Shown: positions 45,785-58,982, numbered from the stretch's first letter. The stretch: 64,000 nucleotides of DNA from an uncultured Isosphaeraceae bacterium (GCA_963806595.1 CAWDZZ010000004.1:191209-255208); one strand, 5' to 3'. The notes: generated by a model from the letters alone, not told the origin. Program-made: numbers and translations.

Positions 45785-48700
45785 ATGACCGCCGCCGCGG
45801 ATCGCCATCTTTTTTTCGGACTGCTCGCGCTTCAAAACGGCCTGATCAATCAGAGCCAGCTCGTCGCCGCCTTCGGGGCCTGGTCGCTCGATCGGTCCAA
45901 GAGCGTGGTCGACCATCTCGAAGCTCGTGGCGACCTGACCGGCGGCAGGCGGGCTCTCCTGGAGGGGCTAGCCGAGGTTCATCTGGAGGCGCACGGGGGC
46001 GACCTGGAGCAGAGTCTGGCCGCCCTATCGGCCGGCAAATCGACTCGCGAAAGCCTGGCCGGGCTGGGCGACCCAGACATCGCGGCGACACTCAGCCATG
46101 TGGCCTCCGGGCACGGCTCGACTGACGACGGCGACGTTGACCGCACGAGCGCCTACACCGTTGCCGCCGCCACCAGTGAGGGCCGACGGTTCCGTGTGCT
46201 GCGGCCCCACGCCCGCGGCGGCCTGGGAGCAGTGTTCGTGGCCCTCGACAGCGAGCTCAACCGCGAGGTGGCGCTCAAGCAGATCCTCGATTCTCACGCC
46301 GACGATCCCACCAGCCGTCAGCGGTTCCTGCTCGAGGCGGAGATCACCGGCGGGCTCGAGCACCCGGGCATCGTCCCGGTCTACGGCCTGGGCACCTATG
46401 CCGACGGGCGCCCGTATTACGCCATGCGGTTCATCAAGGGGGACAGCCTCAAGGAGGCCATCGGGCGCTACCACGATGCCCCTGCGGTGGCGGGAGACCC
46501 CGGTGCGCAGGTCGCTGGAGCTGCGGAAGCTGCTGCGCCGCTTCGTGGACATCTGCAACGCCATCGACTACGCCCATTCCCGCGGCGTGCTCCACCGGGA
46601 CATCAAGCCGGGCAACATCATCGTCGGCAAGCACGGCGAGACCCTGGTGGTCGACTGGGGGCTGGCCAAGGTACAGGGCCAGGGCGAAGACGCTGGACCT
46701 TCCGGAGAGCATCAATTGACTCCGTCCTCGGCGAGCGGCAGCGCTGCGACCCAGCACGGAAGCGTCATGGGCACGCCGGCCTTCATGAGCCCCGAGCAGG
46801 CCCGCGGAGACGTCGAGCACCTGGGCCCGGGGTCGGATGTCTACAGCCTCGGTGCCACGCTGTACTGCCTGCTGACCGGGAAGCCGCCGCAGAAGGGGGA
46901 CGATCTCGCCGAAGCGCTGCGGCGGGTGCAGCGGGGCGAGTTCACGCCGCCGCGCGAGCTCGACTCCTCGATCGACAGGGCGCTGGAAGCGGTCTGCCTG
47001 AAGGCGATGGCCGTTGCGCCGGAGGATCGCTACGCGAGCTGTCGGGCGCTGGCCGATGACATCGAGCGCTGGATGGCGGACGAGCCGGTGACGGCCTGGC
47101 GCGAGCCGTTCGCGCGGCGGGCCGCGCGGTGGGCCCGGCGGAATCGCACCACCGTATCCGTCGCCGCGGCCACGCTGCTGATGGCCGTGGTCGGGATGGC
47201 GGCCGTGCTGGCCGTGCAGTCGCGAGCTAACTCAGAGCTGGCCGCGGCCTATGCGCAGGTCCAGTCCCGATTCGACCTCGCGATGGACGCGATCCGCACC
47301 TATCACACGGGGGTCGGGCAGGACTTCCTGCTCAAGGAGGAGTCGTTCCGGGAACTTCGGAACAAGCTTCTCGGCGGGGCGGCCGACTTCTACGACAAGC
47401 TGGAGAAGCAACTGCGCGGACGGACGGACCGCTCATCGCGCGCGGCCCTGGGCCAGGCCCTCGACGCCCTGGCGGGTCTGACGGACGAGATCGGCCGCAA
47501 GCCCGATGCGCTGGCGGCCTATCGCCGGGCGCTTCTGGTCCGGAGGGAGCTGGCCAGGGGCGCACGGGCGGATCCAGAGGCCCAGCTCGACGTCGCCCGG
47601 ACCCTCAACTCCGTGGGCCGCGTGAGTCTGGAGGTCGGGGACACCGAGGCTGCACTCGCCGCTTATTCCGAGTCGAAACGCCTGGCCATCGCCGCGTCGC
47701 TCTCCCCGACCTTGCCGGAGGCCGCGCGGGCTATCATCGGCAAGAGCGGGAGCAGCCTGGGCTTCGTCCTGTACAAGACGAACGAGATGGCCAGAGCGAT
47801 GGACGAGCTGGTCGCCGCGCAACACATCTTCGCGACTCTGGTTGAGAGCCATCCGGGCGAGTCCGACTACCGCAGGGAGCTGGCTCGAATCCATTTCTAC
47901 ATCGGTTCCCTGCTGTGGAAGTCGGGCAAGCAGGGTGAGGCCACGGAGTCGTTCCGCAAGGCCCTGACCGGACAGCAGAGGCTCGCCGAAGAGCACCCCG
48001 AGGACGATCGATTCCGCGAGGATCTGGCGGAGGGACTCTACAGCATGGGCGCGAGTCTTCGCCAGATCGGCCAGCCGGACCGGGCGCTCGAGGCCTACAG
48101 CCAGTCGATCGCCATCCGCGAGAAGCTAGCCGCGGACCGTCCGAGCATCACCCGGTTCCGGGAAGATCTGGCGAGGACCCGCATGTCCGTGGGCATCCAG
48201 CTCGCGATGATCGATCGGACGGATGAGGCCCTCCGCTCGCTGGGCCTGGCGCGTCCCATCCAGCAAAAGCTGGCTGACGAGAATCCTCGAGCCATCCGGT
48301 TCCAGAGCGTGCTCGCGCATATCCACCACAATACCGGCTGGGTGTATCTGCGCTCTGGCCGATACGGCGAGGCCCTGGAGGCGTTCCGCCGTGCGCAGGA
48401 GGTCCGGCGGAAGCTTGCGGACGATCACCCGAGCGATACCGAGAATCAGTCCGACCTGGCACACGGTTTTACGAATATCGGAGAAGCGCTCGCGCTTTCC
48501 GGCAGGCTGTCCGAGGCCCGGGAGGCCTTCGCCAAGTCGCTGGCCGTTCGCGAGAAGCTGGCCGTCGCCAGGCCCGGATTTCCGTCCGCGCAATATGAGC
48601 TGGCTCAAAGCCACCTGAACCTTGGCTCGTTGTTGCTGGAGATGGGCGAACCAGCCGCGGCGAAGGAGCCGAGCGTCCGGCGCTCGCCCTCCTGAAGAGC

Positions 48701-49411
48701 GTGACCGCGATCAGCCCGACCATCACCGAGTATCAGCACGACCTGGCATCCTGCCTGCAGAATATCGGATCGTCGCTGTCGCAGACCGGACACGCGGCCG
48801 ACGCGGTCGCGGCCTACGACGAGGCGATCTCCGTCCTGGGTAGGCTGGCCGAGGCCCACCCGACCGTCGGCGACTACCGGCGCGGGCTGGCATCGTGCCT
48901 GGCCGCCCGATCCGACGAGCTTCGCACTCTTGGCCGACAGCCGGAAGCGCGAGCGGGGTACGAGCGGGCGATCGCGATCTTGGAGCGGGCCGACAAGACC
49001 ACGCCCTCGATGACCTCGGCCGGATACCTCGCGGCGAGCCTCAGGGGGCTGGGACTCACACGCCTCGCCGCCGGCGATGCCGCGGGGGCCGTCGCGGACA
49101 CGCGGCGTGCGGTATCGCTCTTCGCGAGAATATCATCCCCGTCGAACGAAAACCTCTATGGATGGGCGTGCAGTCTGGCCACCCTGGCCGGGCTCGATCA
49201 GCAACCGGGCTCGCGGTTGCCCGAGGACGGAGAGACGGCCCCGGCCGATCGGGCGATGGAAATCTTGCGGCGTTTGATCGTCTCGAGCCGCGCTCGCCAC
49301 GCGTCGATCCGGACCGAACACGGCCTCGATCCGCTCCGCTCGCGCGACGACTTCCGGCTGCTCTTGATGGACCTGGCCACGCCGCCGGATCCATTCGACA
49401 CGGCACGCTGA
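45785..49411 (+). CDS. Ser/Thr protein kinase with a transmembrane helix and a long C-terminal TPR region, about 1200 aa; two apparent frameshifts near 46490 and 48670.
   Basis: N-terminal 'DRHLFFGLLALQNGLINQSQL', kinase motifs (HRDIKPGNIIV, VVDWGLAKV, GTPAFMSPEQ), 'RWARRNRTTVSVAAATLLMAVVGMAAV', then TPR units continuing into ORF 48701-49411. Confidence 0.85.
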
Positions 49412-49603
49412 GTGGCGCTACGGTGTTCCGGGTCCACCAATTCCGAAAGGAGCGCGGTGATGATCAAGCGATTCTCAAGAACTGCCGCGAGACGCCAAAT
49501 GGACATCTGGCAGGCGCGCCAAGAGCCAGCTTACAGGTGACGAGATTGATCACTCCCACGGCGCTCTGGTCTGCTGGGTTTTGCCGCGCAGACGGAGACT
49601 CAA

Positions 49604-50370
49604 ATGAAAATGCGACCGGGGCCAAAGCAAGAGCTGACTCCTGTTCCTGGCATCGATAAATCCGGGCGAACGCCGCTCTGGTATCACGCCGCGAATGGTG
49701 ACATCGCCGGGGTAAGGGCGGAACTTGCCGGCGGTGCTGACCCCAGCTTTGGCGACAATCTCAATTACTCGCCGCTTCATGTCGCCGTGCAAAACGGGCG
49801 GATCGAGGTGATCGGGTTGCTCCTTGAGGCGGGCGCGGACCCGAACAAGACCGACACTCACGGTAACACCCCGTTGTGGACTGCAGTCCTGAGCGCCCCG
49901 ATGCAAGTAAAAGTCGAGATCGTTACACAGCTTCTGCGTTCCGGAGCGAACCCAGACCACAAGAACCGCGCCGATAAAAGCCCTCGCGATGCTGCCAACA
50001 CGATCGCTGGCGGAATAGAGGTTCCGTTTGCCGGGGTCGAGAAACGCTGTCCAGAGCTGCCCTTGAGTCCAAATCGATCATGGATGAACGAACCGAGATT
50101 CCCCTGCAGGATGACCCCGACGCGATCGCACGTTGGGTCTGGAAGAATCTCGTGCCGGGTTCAGGTCAGTCTTCCTGGGTTCAAGGCGAGCTCCTTCGGT
50201 GTGTCGAGAAGTTCCGCTGGGAGGCCCTGAATAACGGCAACGGAAATTGGGACAGAGGGTTCGAGATGATGGCCGACTACCTGGAGAAAACGCTCTGCAG
50301 CGAGCCAGCGCTCTACAGACGAAGCAAGAGCATCGATTCGCGAGGATATCGCGACCGTGCGGAAATTTAA
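49604..50370 (+). CDS. Ankyrin-repeat protein with a C-terminal domain of unknown function; one apparent frameshift near 50050. Low-GC gene.
   Basis: Three ANK units ('TPLWYHAANGDIAGVRAELAGGADP', 'SPLHVAVQNGRIEVIGLLLEAGADPN', 'TPLWTAV...'). GC content is visibly lower than in flanking genes. Confidence 0.55.
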
Positions 50371-50689
50371 CTCACCCTGTACCAAGCACGACCTGTTCGA
50401 CCGGCTAGCTGGCCATGTTGTCGGGTATTGCCGTCTACACCCTTCACTCACCCCCAAGCCTCGCGATCCTGAGCTCAACCGATAGTCAGTGTTCCTGACC
50501 TCCAATTGAGGGAGTTTCGGCCATCTCAAAAAAAGCGGATCCGGCGAAGTATCCGCATGGTTCCTCAGGAACGCCGTACACCTTGACGCTGATCAAAGGT
50601 CATTGGCGTGCGCTGCGGTTGCCGAGAGGGGAATTCGATGCGCGGGCGGGCGCATTCGCCTTGGACTGGAACTCAAGATCAACGAAGAG

Positions 50690-50725
50690 GACGGCGCCCG
50701 ACCGGCATCGTGCGCCGGCGCCGTC
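50690..50725. terminator. GC-rich hairpin between convergent genes, possibly a bidirectional terminator.
   Basis: 'GACGGCGCCCG-accggcatcgtgcg-CCGGCGCCGTC' gives a 10-bp perfect stem, followed by 'tgttgg'. It sits between the stop of the ankyrin gene and the stop at 50745. Confidence 0.3.
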
Positions 50726-50744
50726 TGTTGGATGACAGTTTCCG

Positions 50745-53661
50745 CTACTTGGTCTGCCCGATATTCGGGAGGTTGTTGAAGTAATCGCCGGTGTTGGGAT
50801 CTTTCTTGAAGTCCTTGCAGTCGGCGATGGTGTGTGCGAAGAACCAGTCCGTTCCGGCTCCGCTATTGATGGTGTTGCTCAGGCCGTCGTCGGTCACGCT
50901 GGTCCCGAAGAAGAGCGTGTTCTTGCCGTTCTTGCCGTTACCTCCGCCGGAGATCTCGGAGTGACGAACCGCGACCGGGTCGTTCGACTGCCACTCGTCG
51001 AGGATCGACTCGAGGGCCGCGTCGTTGGCCGCGGAACTTGGGTCGTACTTGGTGGAGCCGCCGATCAAGATGTCGTCACTCGAGCCGCCGGTGAGAGCGT
51101 CGCTTCCCTTCCCACCGATCAAGATGCTCCGGCCGCTGCCGGCCGTGAGGGAGTCGACGCCGATGCCACCGATCAGGATGTTGCCCACGGCGTTGCCGAC
51201 CAGGGTATTGCCGCCCGAGCCACCGCGGACGTTCTGGACTTTGGCGACGCCTCCTGCCACGCCGGTTGCGGCGCCGGTTGCCAGGTTGACTTTGACCGGC
51301 GTCGAATACTTGGAGTAGTCAAGCCAGTCGTGGCCGCCGCCACCGGATAGAACGCCGGTAATGCCCTGGCCTGCGCTCGAATACAAACATGTCTAAACCC
51401 GTGCCACCGGTCAGATTCTCGAAGCCGGAAAAGCCGAGCGAATTCAGGGTGCCCGCATTGGATCCGGTGATCGACCAGGTGTTGGTTGTGTTGGCGCCCA
51501 CGAGCGTGTCCAGCTTCGAGGCGCTGCCGAGCACGTTCTGGATATTCTTGAAGCCGCCGATGGCCGTCTCCTTTGGTGTTGCGAGATTGACGGTCACAGG
51601 TGATCCGAAGCTCGTGTAGTCGAGCTTGTTGGATCCGCCGCCGCCGTCGACTGTGCCGGACAGCTTCCCGCCGGCTGCGATCTTGAAGGTATCGCCCGCC
51701 GAGCCGCCGGTGAGATTCTCGAATGCACTGAAGCTCAGAGTGCCGACGGTTCCGGAGTTAACCCCGCTGACCGTCCAGGTGCTGGCAACGTTTTGACCGA
51801 TGAGAGTGTCGGTGGCGGTGCCGCCGGTGAAGTTCTCGATGCTGGTGAAGCTGCCGACCGCCGGTGCTTTCGCCTGCTGGAGATTGACGGTCACCGGTAG
51901 AACGTAGCCGGTGTAGTTCAGCGTGTCGGTTCCGCCGGCGCCGTTGACGGTGCCGGTCACTCCGCCGGTCAGGATATTGAATTTGTCGGATGACGAACCT
52001 CCGGTGAGATTCTCTATCCCCGAAAAGTGGACGTTTCCGACATAGTTGCCGAAGAGCGTGAGATTCCAGGTATTGGAGACGTTTGGTCCCACCAGCGTGT
52101 CTTTGGTAGCGGCGCTGCCGACCACGTTCTGGATGTTGGCGAAGCCGCCGGTCGCCGTCGCTTTCGATGTTGCGAGATTGACGGTCACCTGCGATCCATA
52201 GCCGGAGTAGTCGAGCGTATTGGTGCCGATGCCACCGTCGACCTTACCCGTCACGCCAGTGCCGCTCACGAAATTGAACTGATCGGATGACGTACCTCCG
52301 GTGAGGTTCTCTACATTTGAGAAGTGGACATTTCCGACGCTGTCGTTGAAGGTGACGAGATTCCAGGTATTGGCGACATTTGGACCCACCAGCGTATCTG
52401 TGCCCGTGTCGCCGTCCAGGCTCAAATAGCCCGAGGACTTCTGGACGATGACTGTGTCATTGCCGCCACCGGTGTCCAGCGTCGTGATCGGATTGTTGAT
52501 ATTCGTCGGGGTATTCACCACCGTGAACGTGTCGGCTCCGGAACCCCCATCGATGATGAGGTGTTCCAGCTTGGTCTGTGCGAACGATATCGTCGCCGGC
52601 GCGAGTCCCGAAAGCTCGCCGCTGTCGAGTTTCGCGATATGGCTTGTCTTGTCGGCCGAGTCGTAGATACCGAGAAGACTGGGACCAATCGGGTCTTTCA
52701 CCGTCAAGGCGCCGTTGATGCCTGCGAGACTGTCATTGTCGCCCACGATCACGAAGTCGCCGGCGGTGCCGGTCGAAACGGTGGTCGGGTAAAGCGTGGA
52801 CTGGACGAGGACCGCCTGGGGAACTGTACCCGTCTCGATTTGAAGGCTCGCAAGGTTCGCATAGTAAATCGGCACCGGCGCCAGACCGAGGATCTCGGGG
52901 ACGAGGTTCTGGGTCAAGTGCACGATACTCGGATTGAGAGCCGAGTCTGCCGAATCGTCGACGTCGAGTGTCGTCTTGCTGCCGGCGGTACCGGAGACGA
53001 GCAACGAGCCATTGATAAAAGTCAGTTTGTGCTGGAAATTCACATCGACGGTTTCAGTACCGCCGTTGTTGAACAACGTGGTGCTCACACCGGTCGCCCA
53101 GACATTCACATTGACTTTGCCGCTGCCGGTGTCGACATCGACGCCGCTGGTATCGGCGTACTTGTAGCTGATCGCGGCGGGCGCCAATCCTGTGATATAG
53201 CCGTAGGTGCCGTCGCTCCACGAGGTCACGGAATGATCGCCTGAGTCGGCCGAGTCATCGACGCTTACGGTCGATTTGCCCGTGGACTCGACGGACACGG
53301 TTGCCTTGATGTTCTGCACGCTGCCGGCATCGCCCACATTCACCGAGTTCTGGCCGCTGCCGGCAACGCTGATGGGAATACTGGCGAGGGTGTCCAGAAC
53401 ATTGACCGTGTTGGTCCCGGCGGCGGTGTGGACCACAAATGTCGAGTTAGGGTTGACAACCTGATCGGTCGTTTTGCCGTTGATGGTCTCCACGACATGC
53501 TGGCCGAAGAATATGTATTCGGACAGCGTGTACGTCGAGAGAACTACGCGCCCCTCGAGACTTTCAAGTTGCGGGCGACGCTTCCTGAGCGGGCTACCAC
53601 TCCTGGTGGCGCTGCGCCGGGAAATACGATTCGGGCGGTCGGTTGGTCTGAAGAGTGTCAT
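50745..53661 (-). CDS. Large secreted repetitive protein of about 970 aa with RTX-like (hemolysin-type Ca-binding) repeats at the C-terminus; one apparent frameshift near 51340-51390.
   Basis: N-terminal 'RKRRPQLESLEGRVVLS'. About ten ~45-aa repeats of the form 'LDYSGYGSQVTVNLAT..ATGGFANIQNVVGS..DTLVGPN..NTWNLT'. The C-terminus carries 'LIGGIGVDSLTAGSGRSILIGGKGSDALTGGSSDDILIGG'. Confidence 0.75.
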
Positions 53662-54313
53662 GGCTCGTTCCTCGTTGAGAAGATTGACTCGGTGCGCGGA
53701 GCTTCCACGGTCCGCACCGTGGCGGAGGACGCATTGACGACGGGGGCGAGGCTGCTTGCTCAGTCCAGCGAATGCGGAACTGGTGCTCGCACATAACGCA
53801 GCGCGATTCCCGAGGCTCGGGTCTCGCAGCAATTCGAGAGCGTCTTCTATAGCCCTCGTGGTTGCGTCGATCGGTCCTCTACAAAGTCATCCGCAACGGC
53901 GCGGCGGGACCGCCATCCAGCCTGCTTTTTTTTGTCTATCTGAACTGGTTTCGGAGCCGCCGCCGTTTTGCTGATAGCTAAAGATGGCACGGCGAAGATG
54001 CCGGGCGGCAATCGCTCTCGCGGGAAATCCGCGCCTTTCGGCTGGGGTTCCGGGGTTCCCGGAACACCAGACGTGATTATCGACCGGTATTTACAGATGC
54101 GGATGTGGTGAGAGAGCAACGACCGATATTCGGCCGATGGTGTTGGCGTGTCGCCAGCGACACGTCGATGATCCTGTCGCTGACTGCCGGGGATCTGGCC
54201 GATATCAGCCCCACGCGCTTGGTTCTCGCGCCGCATTCTCGGCGAGTTCCGGATCAGTCATCAGCCGCTGGTGGGGCGATTGGGATCCTCGCGGCCGGTA
54301 GACTTGATCCACA

Positions 54314-54868
54314 ATGCCCGAGATCACGCAACTCCTGGATGCCGCCCAGGCCGGCGACCGCCAGGCCGCGGCCCAGTTGCTGCCGCTCGTCTACGATGAG
54401 CTGCGGAAGCTCGCCGCCGCGCGCATGGCGGCCGAAGCTCCCGGCCACACCCTCGACGCCACCGCCCTCGTTCACGAAGCCTACCTGCGGCTGGTCGGGG
54501 ATCAGCAGTTCGACGGCCGCGGCCACTTCTTCGCCGCCGCCGCCGAGGCCATGCGGCGGATCCTCGTCGACCACGCCCGGGCGAAACGGGCGGAGAAGCG
54601 CGGCGACCGGGCGGCGCGGGCCGACCTCGACCCGGATCACCTGCCGGCCGGACGGCTTCGACCCCGACCGCTGGATCGACCTCGACGAGGCACTGACCCG
54701 GTTCGCGGCGATCGATCCGACGGCGGCCGAACTGGCGAAACTGCGGGTCTTCGGCGGCCTCTCCGTCGAAGAAGCGGGCGACGCCCTCGGCGTTCCCCGT
54801 GCAACCGCTTTCCGAACTGGACTTACGCCCGGGCCTGGTTGACTTCCCGTCTCGCCGATGGCTCGTGA
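54314..54868 (+). CDS. ECF sigma factor of the planctomycete STK-linked type, with two apparent frameshifts.
   Basis: '[61 protein letters not shown]...[22 protein letters not shown]' and the alternate-frame continuation '[28 protein letters not shown]'. Confidence 0.75.
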   Translation: MPEITQLLDAAQAGDRQAAAQLLPLVYDELRKLAAARMAAEAPGHTLDATALVHEAYLRLVGDQQFDGRGHFFAAAAEAMRRILVDHARAKRAEKRGDRAARADLDPDHLPAGRLRPRPLDRPRRGTDPVRGDRSDGGRTGETAGLRRPLRRRSGRRPRRSPCNRFPNWTYARAWLTSRLADGS

Positions 54869-54941
54869 AAATAATTTCGGAATTTGTTGAGACTCGACCG
54901 GCGGGAAATCCGCATTGAAGGGTGACCAAGGAGGTCAAATC

Positions 54942-57900
54942 ATGCCCGCCGATCCGAACCGCGTCCGCGATGTGTTCCTCGCCGCGTCGAACTCTCACCC
55001 GAACAGCGGCCCGGCTACCTGGCCGAGGCTTGCGGAGGCGATGCCGACCTGCGGGCCGAGGTCGATCGACTGCTGGCCGCAAACGCCGACCCCGACAGCA
55101 TCCTCGAACCCGCTTCCAGCCATCCGGGCACCGCCCTCACTCCGCCGACAGACCTTCCGCCGCTACCAGGCGTTCGACATCCGGACGGTGCCGACCCCGC
55201 ACGAGTCGAGCGGCGCAACCGAGGTGACACCGAGCTCGGACCGGACGGAGGCACCGAGACCGCTGGCCCAACCCGATCCCGATGCCACCACGGCCGCGGA
55301 ATCGGAGCGCCCGCGCCCCGCGGCCAGCGCTCCCGACGGGCGAAGGGATCGGCACCGTCATCGCCGGCCGGTACACGCTGGTCGAGGTGATCGGCGAGGG
55401 GGGCATGGGCTCGGTGTATCTGGCCAGCCAGACCGAGCCGGTCAAGCGTCAGGTGGCGCTCAAGCTGATCAAGACGGGGATGGATTCGCGGGCCGTGCTG
55501 GCCCGGTTCGACGCCGAGCGGCAGGCCCTGGCGCTGATGGACCACCCGAACATCGCCCGCATCTACGACGGCGGCCTCACCCCGGCCGGCCAGCCGTTCT
55601 TCGTCATGGAGCTGGTGCAAGGGCGTGCCGCTCACCGAGTACTGCGACCAGCAGCGGCTGTCGGTGAAGGCCCGGCTGGAGCTGTTCGTCGCCGTCTGCC
55701 AGGCGGTGCAGCACGCCCACCAGAAGGGGATCATCCACCGCGACCTGAAGCCGGGCAACGTGCTGGTGACCGAGGTGGACGGCCGGCCGACGCCCAAGGT
55801 GATCGACTTCGGCGTGGCCAAGGCGACCGAAGTGAAGCTGACCGACATGAGCTTCGCCGACGTCGGGGCGATCGTGGGCACGCCGGCGTACATGTCGCCG
55901 GAGCAGGCCGACCCGTCGTCGATGGACATCGACACGCGGACCGACGTGTATGCCCTCGGGGTCATGCTCTACGAATTGCTCACCGGCTCGCCGCCGATCG
56001 ACGCCAAGCAGTTCCAGCGCGGGGCGATCCTGGAGATGCTGCGGATGGTGCGGGAGGTCGATCCGCCGCGGCCGAGCACCAAGCTGAGCACGGCCGAAGC
56101 CCTGCCGAACATCGCCGCCAACCGGAGCATCGAGCCGGCCCGGCTGGCGAAGCTGTTGCAAGGCGAACTGGACTGGGTGGTGATGAAGGCGCTGGAGAAG
56201 GACCGCACCCGGCGCTACGAGACGGCCAACGGCTTCGCCCGCGACATCCAGCGCTACCTGGCCGACGAGGTCGTCGAGGCCCGGCCGCCGAGCCGCGGCT
56301 ACCGGCTGAAGAAATTCGTCAAGCGGAACAAGGGCCAGGTGATCGCGGCGAGCCTGGTCTTCTTGACGCTGGTCGGCGGGATCGTGGGCACCAGCTTGGG
56401 GATGGCGTCCGCCCGAAGCGGCGCAGAAGGCGGAAGCCGAACAGCGCGCCAATGCGGTCGACCAGCGCGACAAGGCGATCGCGGCCGAGGCCAGGGCCCG
56501 CGAGCGAGGCCGCCAAGACCCAGGACGATCAACGACTTCCTCACCCAGGACCTGCTCACCCAGGCCGAGCCGGCGAACAACGCGGTCGAGGACAAGGTCA
56601 CGCTCCTGGAAGTCCTCGACCGCGCGGCCGAGAAGGTGGGAACGCGGTTCGCGGACCAGCCGGAACTCGAACGAACCCTCCGCGGACGATCGCGAACGAC
56701 CTATCACGGCCTGGCGTCCTGGGAAAAGGCCGAATCGCAGATGGCGGGCCTGCTCGACGCGGCGCGGCAAGCACGATCCGCGGTCGGCCGAAGCCTATGC
56801 GGCTCAAGGCCGCTCGCGCACATTCTTCGCCACCGCGGTCGACGGGACGCCGAGGTCGTGGAGATGGCGAAGCGGCCGCCAGAGGGCTCGAACGCACACT
56901 CGGCCCCGACCACCCCGACACCCTGGCCACGCTCGACAACCTCGCCTGGGCGTACCAGGCCGCCGGCAAGCTCCCCGAGGCGATCGCGCTTGTTCGAGCG
57001 CGTCCGCGACGCTCAGATCGCCAAGCTCGGCCCCGACCACCCCGACACCCTGACCACGCTCGACAACCTCGCCTCGGCGTACAAGGCCGTCGGCAGGCTC
57101 CCCGAGGCGATCGCCCTGTACGAGCGCGTCCGCGACGCCTAGATCGCCAAGCTCGGCCCCGACCACCCCGACACCCTGACCACGCTCAACAACCTCGCCT
57201 TGGCGTACCAGGCCGCCGGCAAGCTCCCCGAGGCGATCGCCCTGCTCGAGCGCGTCCGCGACGCCCAGATCGCCAAGCTCGGCCCCGACCACCCGACACA
57301 CTGACCACGCTCAACAATCTCGCCCTGGCGTACCAGGCCGCCGGCAAGCTCCCCGAGGCGATCGCCCTGTTCGAGCGCGTCCGCGACGCCGATCGCCAAG
57401 CTCGGCCCCGACCACCCCGTCACCCTGATCACGCTCAACAACCTCGCCTTGGCGTACCAGGCCGCCGGCAGGCTCCCCGAGGCGATCGCCCTGCTCGAGC
57501 GCGTCCGCGACGCCCGGATCGCCAAGCTCGGCCCCGACCACCCCGACACCCTGGCCACGCTCAACGACCTCGCCATGGCGTACCAGGCCGCCGGCAGGCT
57601 CCCCGAGGCGATCGCCCTGCTCGAGCGCGTCCGCGACGCCCGGATCGCCAAGCTCGGCCCGGACCACCCCGACACCCTGGCCACGCTCAACAACCTCGCC
57701 GAGGCGTACAGGGACATCGGCAAGCTCCCCGAGGCAATCGCCCTGTTCGAGCACGTCCGCGACGTCCAGATCGCCAAGCTTGGCCCCGACCACCCCGACA
57801 CCCTGACCACGCTCAACAACCTCGCCTCGGCATACTGGAGTACAAAGCAATTCGACAAGTCCATGCCTCTGTTCGAGGAGGTGCTCAAGCGGCAAGAGGC

Positions 57901-58550
57901 CAAGCTCGGTCGCCGCCACCCGGGTACGCAGACGACGGTGGCCAACCTCGGGGTCAACTACAAGGATGCCGGCCGGCTCAAGGAGGCGATTTCACTCCTC
58001 GAAGAAGCCCTTCAAGCGGCGAAGAGCTTCCCCCCGCTTCGCTCGGTCGCCGGCGAATTGATCGACGCGTATGGGAAGGCGGGCGAGAACGCCAAGCTCG
58101 CCGACTTGATCCAGGAGCAATTGCGCGAGGCTCGAGAGCACCTTGCCCAAGGACAGCCCTGAACTGGGCGGCGTGCTCGCCCAGCTCGGTCTGGCCCTCC
58201 TGCAACAGAAGAAATGGACCGAGTCCGAGCCGCTCCTGCGCGAGTGCCTGGCCATCCGCGAGAAGACCCAGCCCGAAGTCTGGTCCACCTTCAACACGCA
58301 GTCGATGCTCGGCGGCGCCTTGCTGGGCCAGAAGAAATACGCCGACGCCGAGCCGCTGCTGCTGGCGGGCTACGTGGGGATGAAGCAGCGGGAGAAGACG
58401 ATCCCGGAACAGGGAAGATCCGCCTGCCCGAAGCCGTCGACCGGCTCATCGAACTCTTCACGGCGACGAACAAGGCCGACGAAGTCAGGAAGTGGCAAGC
58501 CGAGCGGGCGAAGTACCCGAAGTCGCCCCGCCACCGGGGGAGAAAAAGTG
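54942..58550 (+). pseudogene. Ser/Thr kinase-TPR gene, paralog of the gene at the window start. It is heavily disrupted: at least six frameshifts, small deletions inside the TPR array, and an in-frame TAG at 57140-57142.
   Basis: 'MPADPNRVRDVFLAASN...', kinase core ([41 protein letters not shown]), '[28 protein letters not shown]', then a TPR_12 array whose unit '[16 protein letters not shown]' has TAG where the other repeats have CAG. Tail '...WQAERAKYPKSPAPPPGEKK*'. Confidence 0.75.
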
Positions 58551-58724
58551 ACCCCAATCGACCGCCTCCGCGCGAGGGCCCGGCCACGCGACCTGGCTGG
58601 CTAAACGCTTGCAGACATCGTGCAACCGCCGGCGCGGCACGAATCACGGGGTCGATGATCGTCCCGATAACCTGCCGGCTGATGCCGAAAGTTGACGAAC
58701 GGAGGAAAGTGCCGCGAATGATCG

Positions 58725-58982
58725 TCAACCCATGTAATCCCGCAAATCATCCATTGGGGCCTTGAAGTCATCGGGGACGACCAGGCCCGGAACGCTGCCG
58801 GCGCGAGGATTACCTGTCACCGGCGGCCGGGGCCGAGGCAGGCGCTGCCGCGTGGCCGCCAAAGCCACCAACCAAGCGATCGGCCGGTCGTTCTCGGTGA
58901 TCGTCACGACCTGCCCAGCAGATAAGCCATGAATCAGCTCTGGAAGGTTGGTCTGAGCGTCCTGCAACGAGATCGTGCTCAT
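58725..58982 (-). CDS. Type II toxin-antitoxin antitoxin, Phd/YefM-like of the VapB type with a C-terminal 'DDF..P' tail.
   Basis: 'MSTISLQDAQTNLPELIHGLSAGQVVTITENDRPIAWLVAL' is the Phd/YefM fold signature. The C-terminal '...PDDFKAPMDDLRDYMG' resembles the toxin-binding tail of PIN-partner antitoxins. Its stop overlaps a TTG-initiated downstream ORF. Confidence 0.6.
   Translation of the reverse strand: MSTISLQDAQTNLPELIHGLSAGQVVTITENDRPIAWLVALAATRQRLPRPRPPVTGNPRAGSVPGLVVPDDFKAPMDDLRDYMG

Noticed and set aside
1264-57142. TAG reassigned as a sense codon to explain the in-frame TAGs in the two TPR genes
   Set aside because: TAG is used as a normal stop, for example at the fdnG end at 26109-26111. 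The homologous positions in the paralog and sister repeats encode Pro or Gln, and no suppressor tRNA is evident. These are more likely nonsense mutations or base-call errors.
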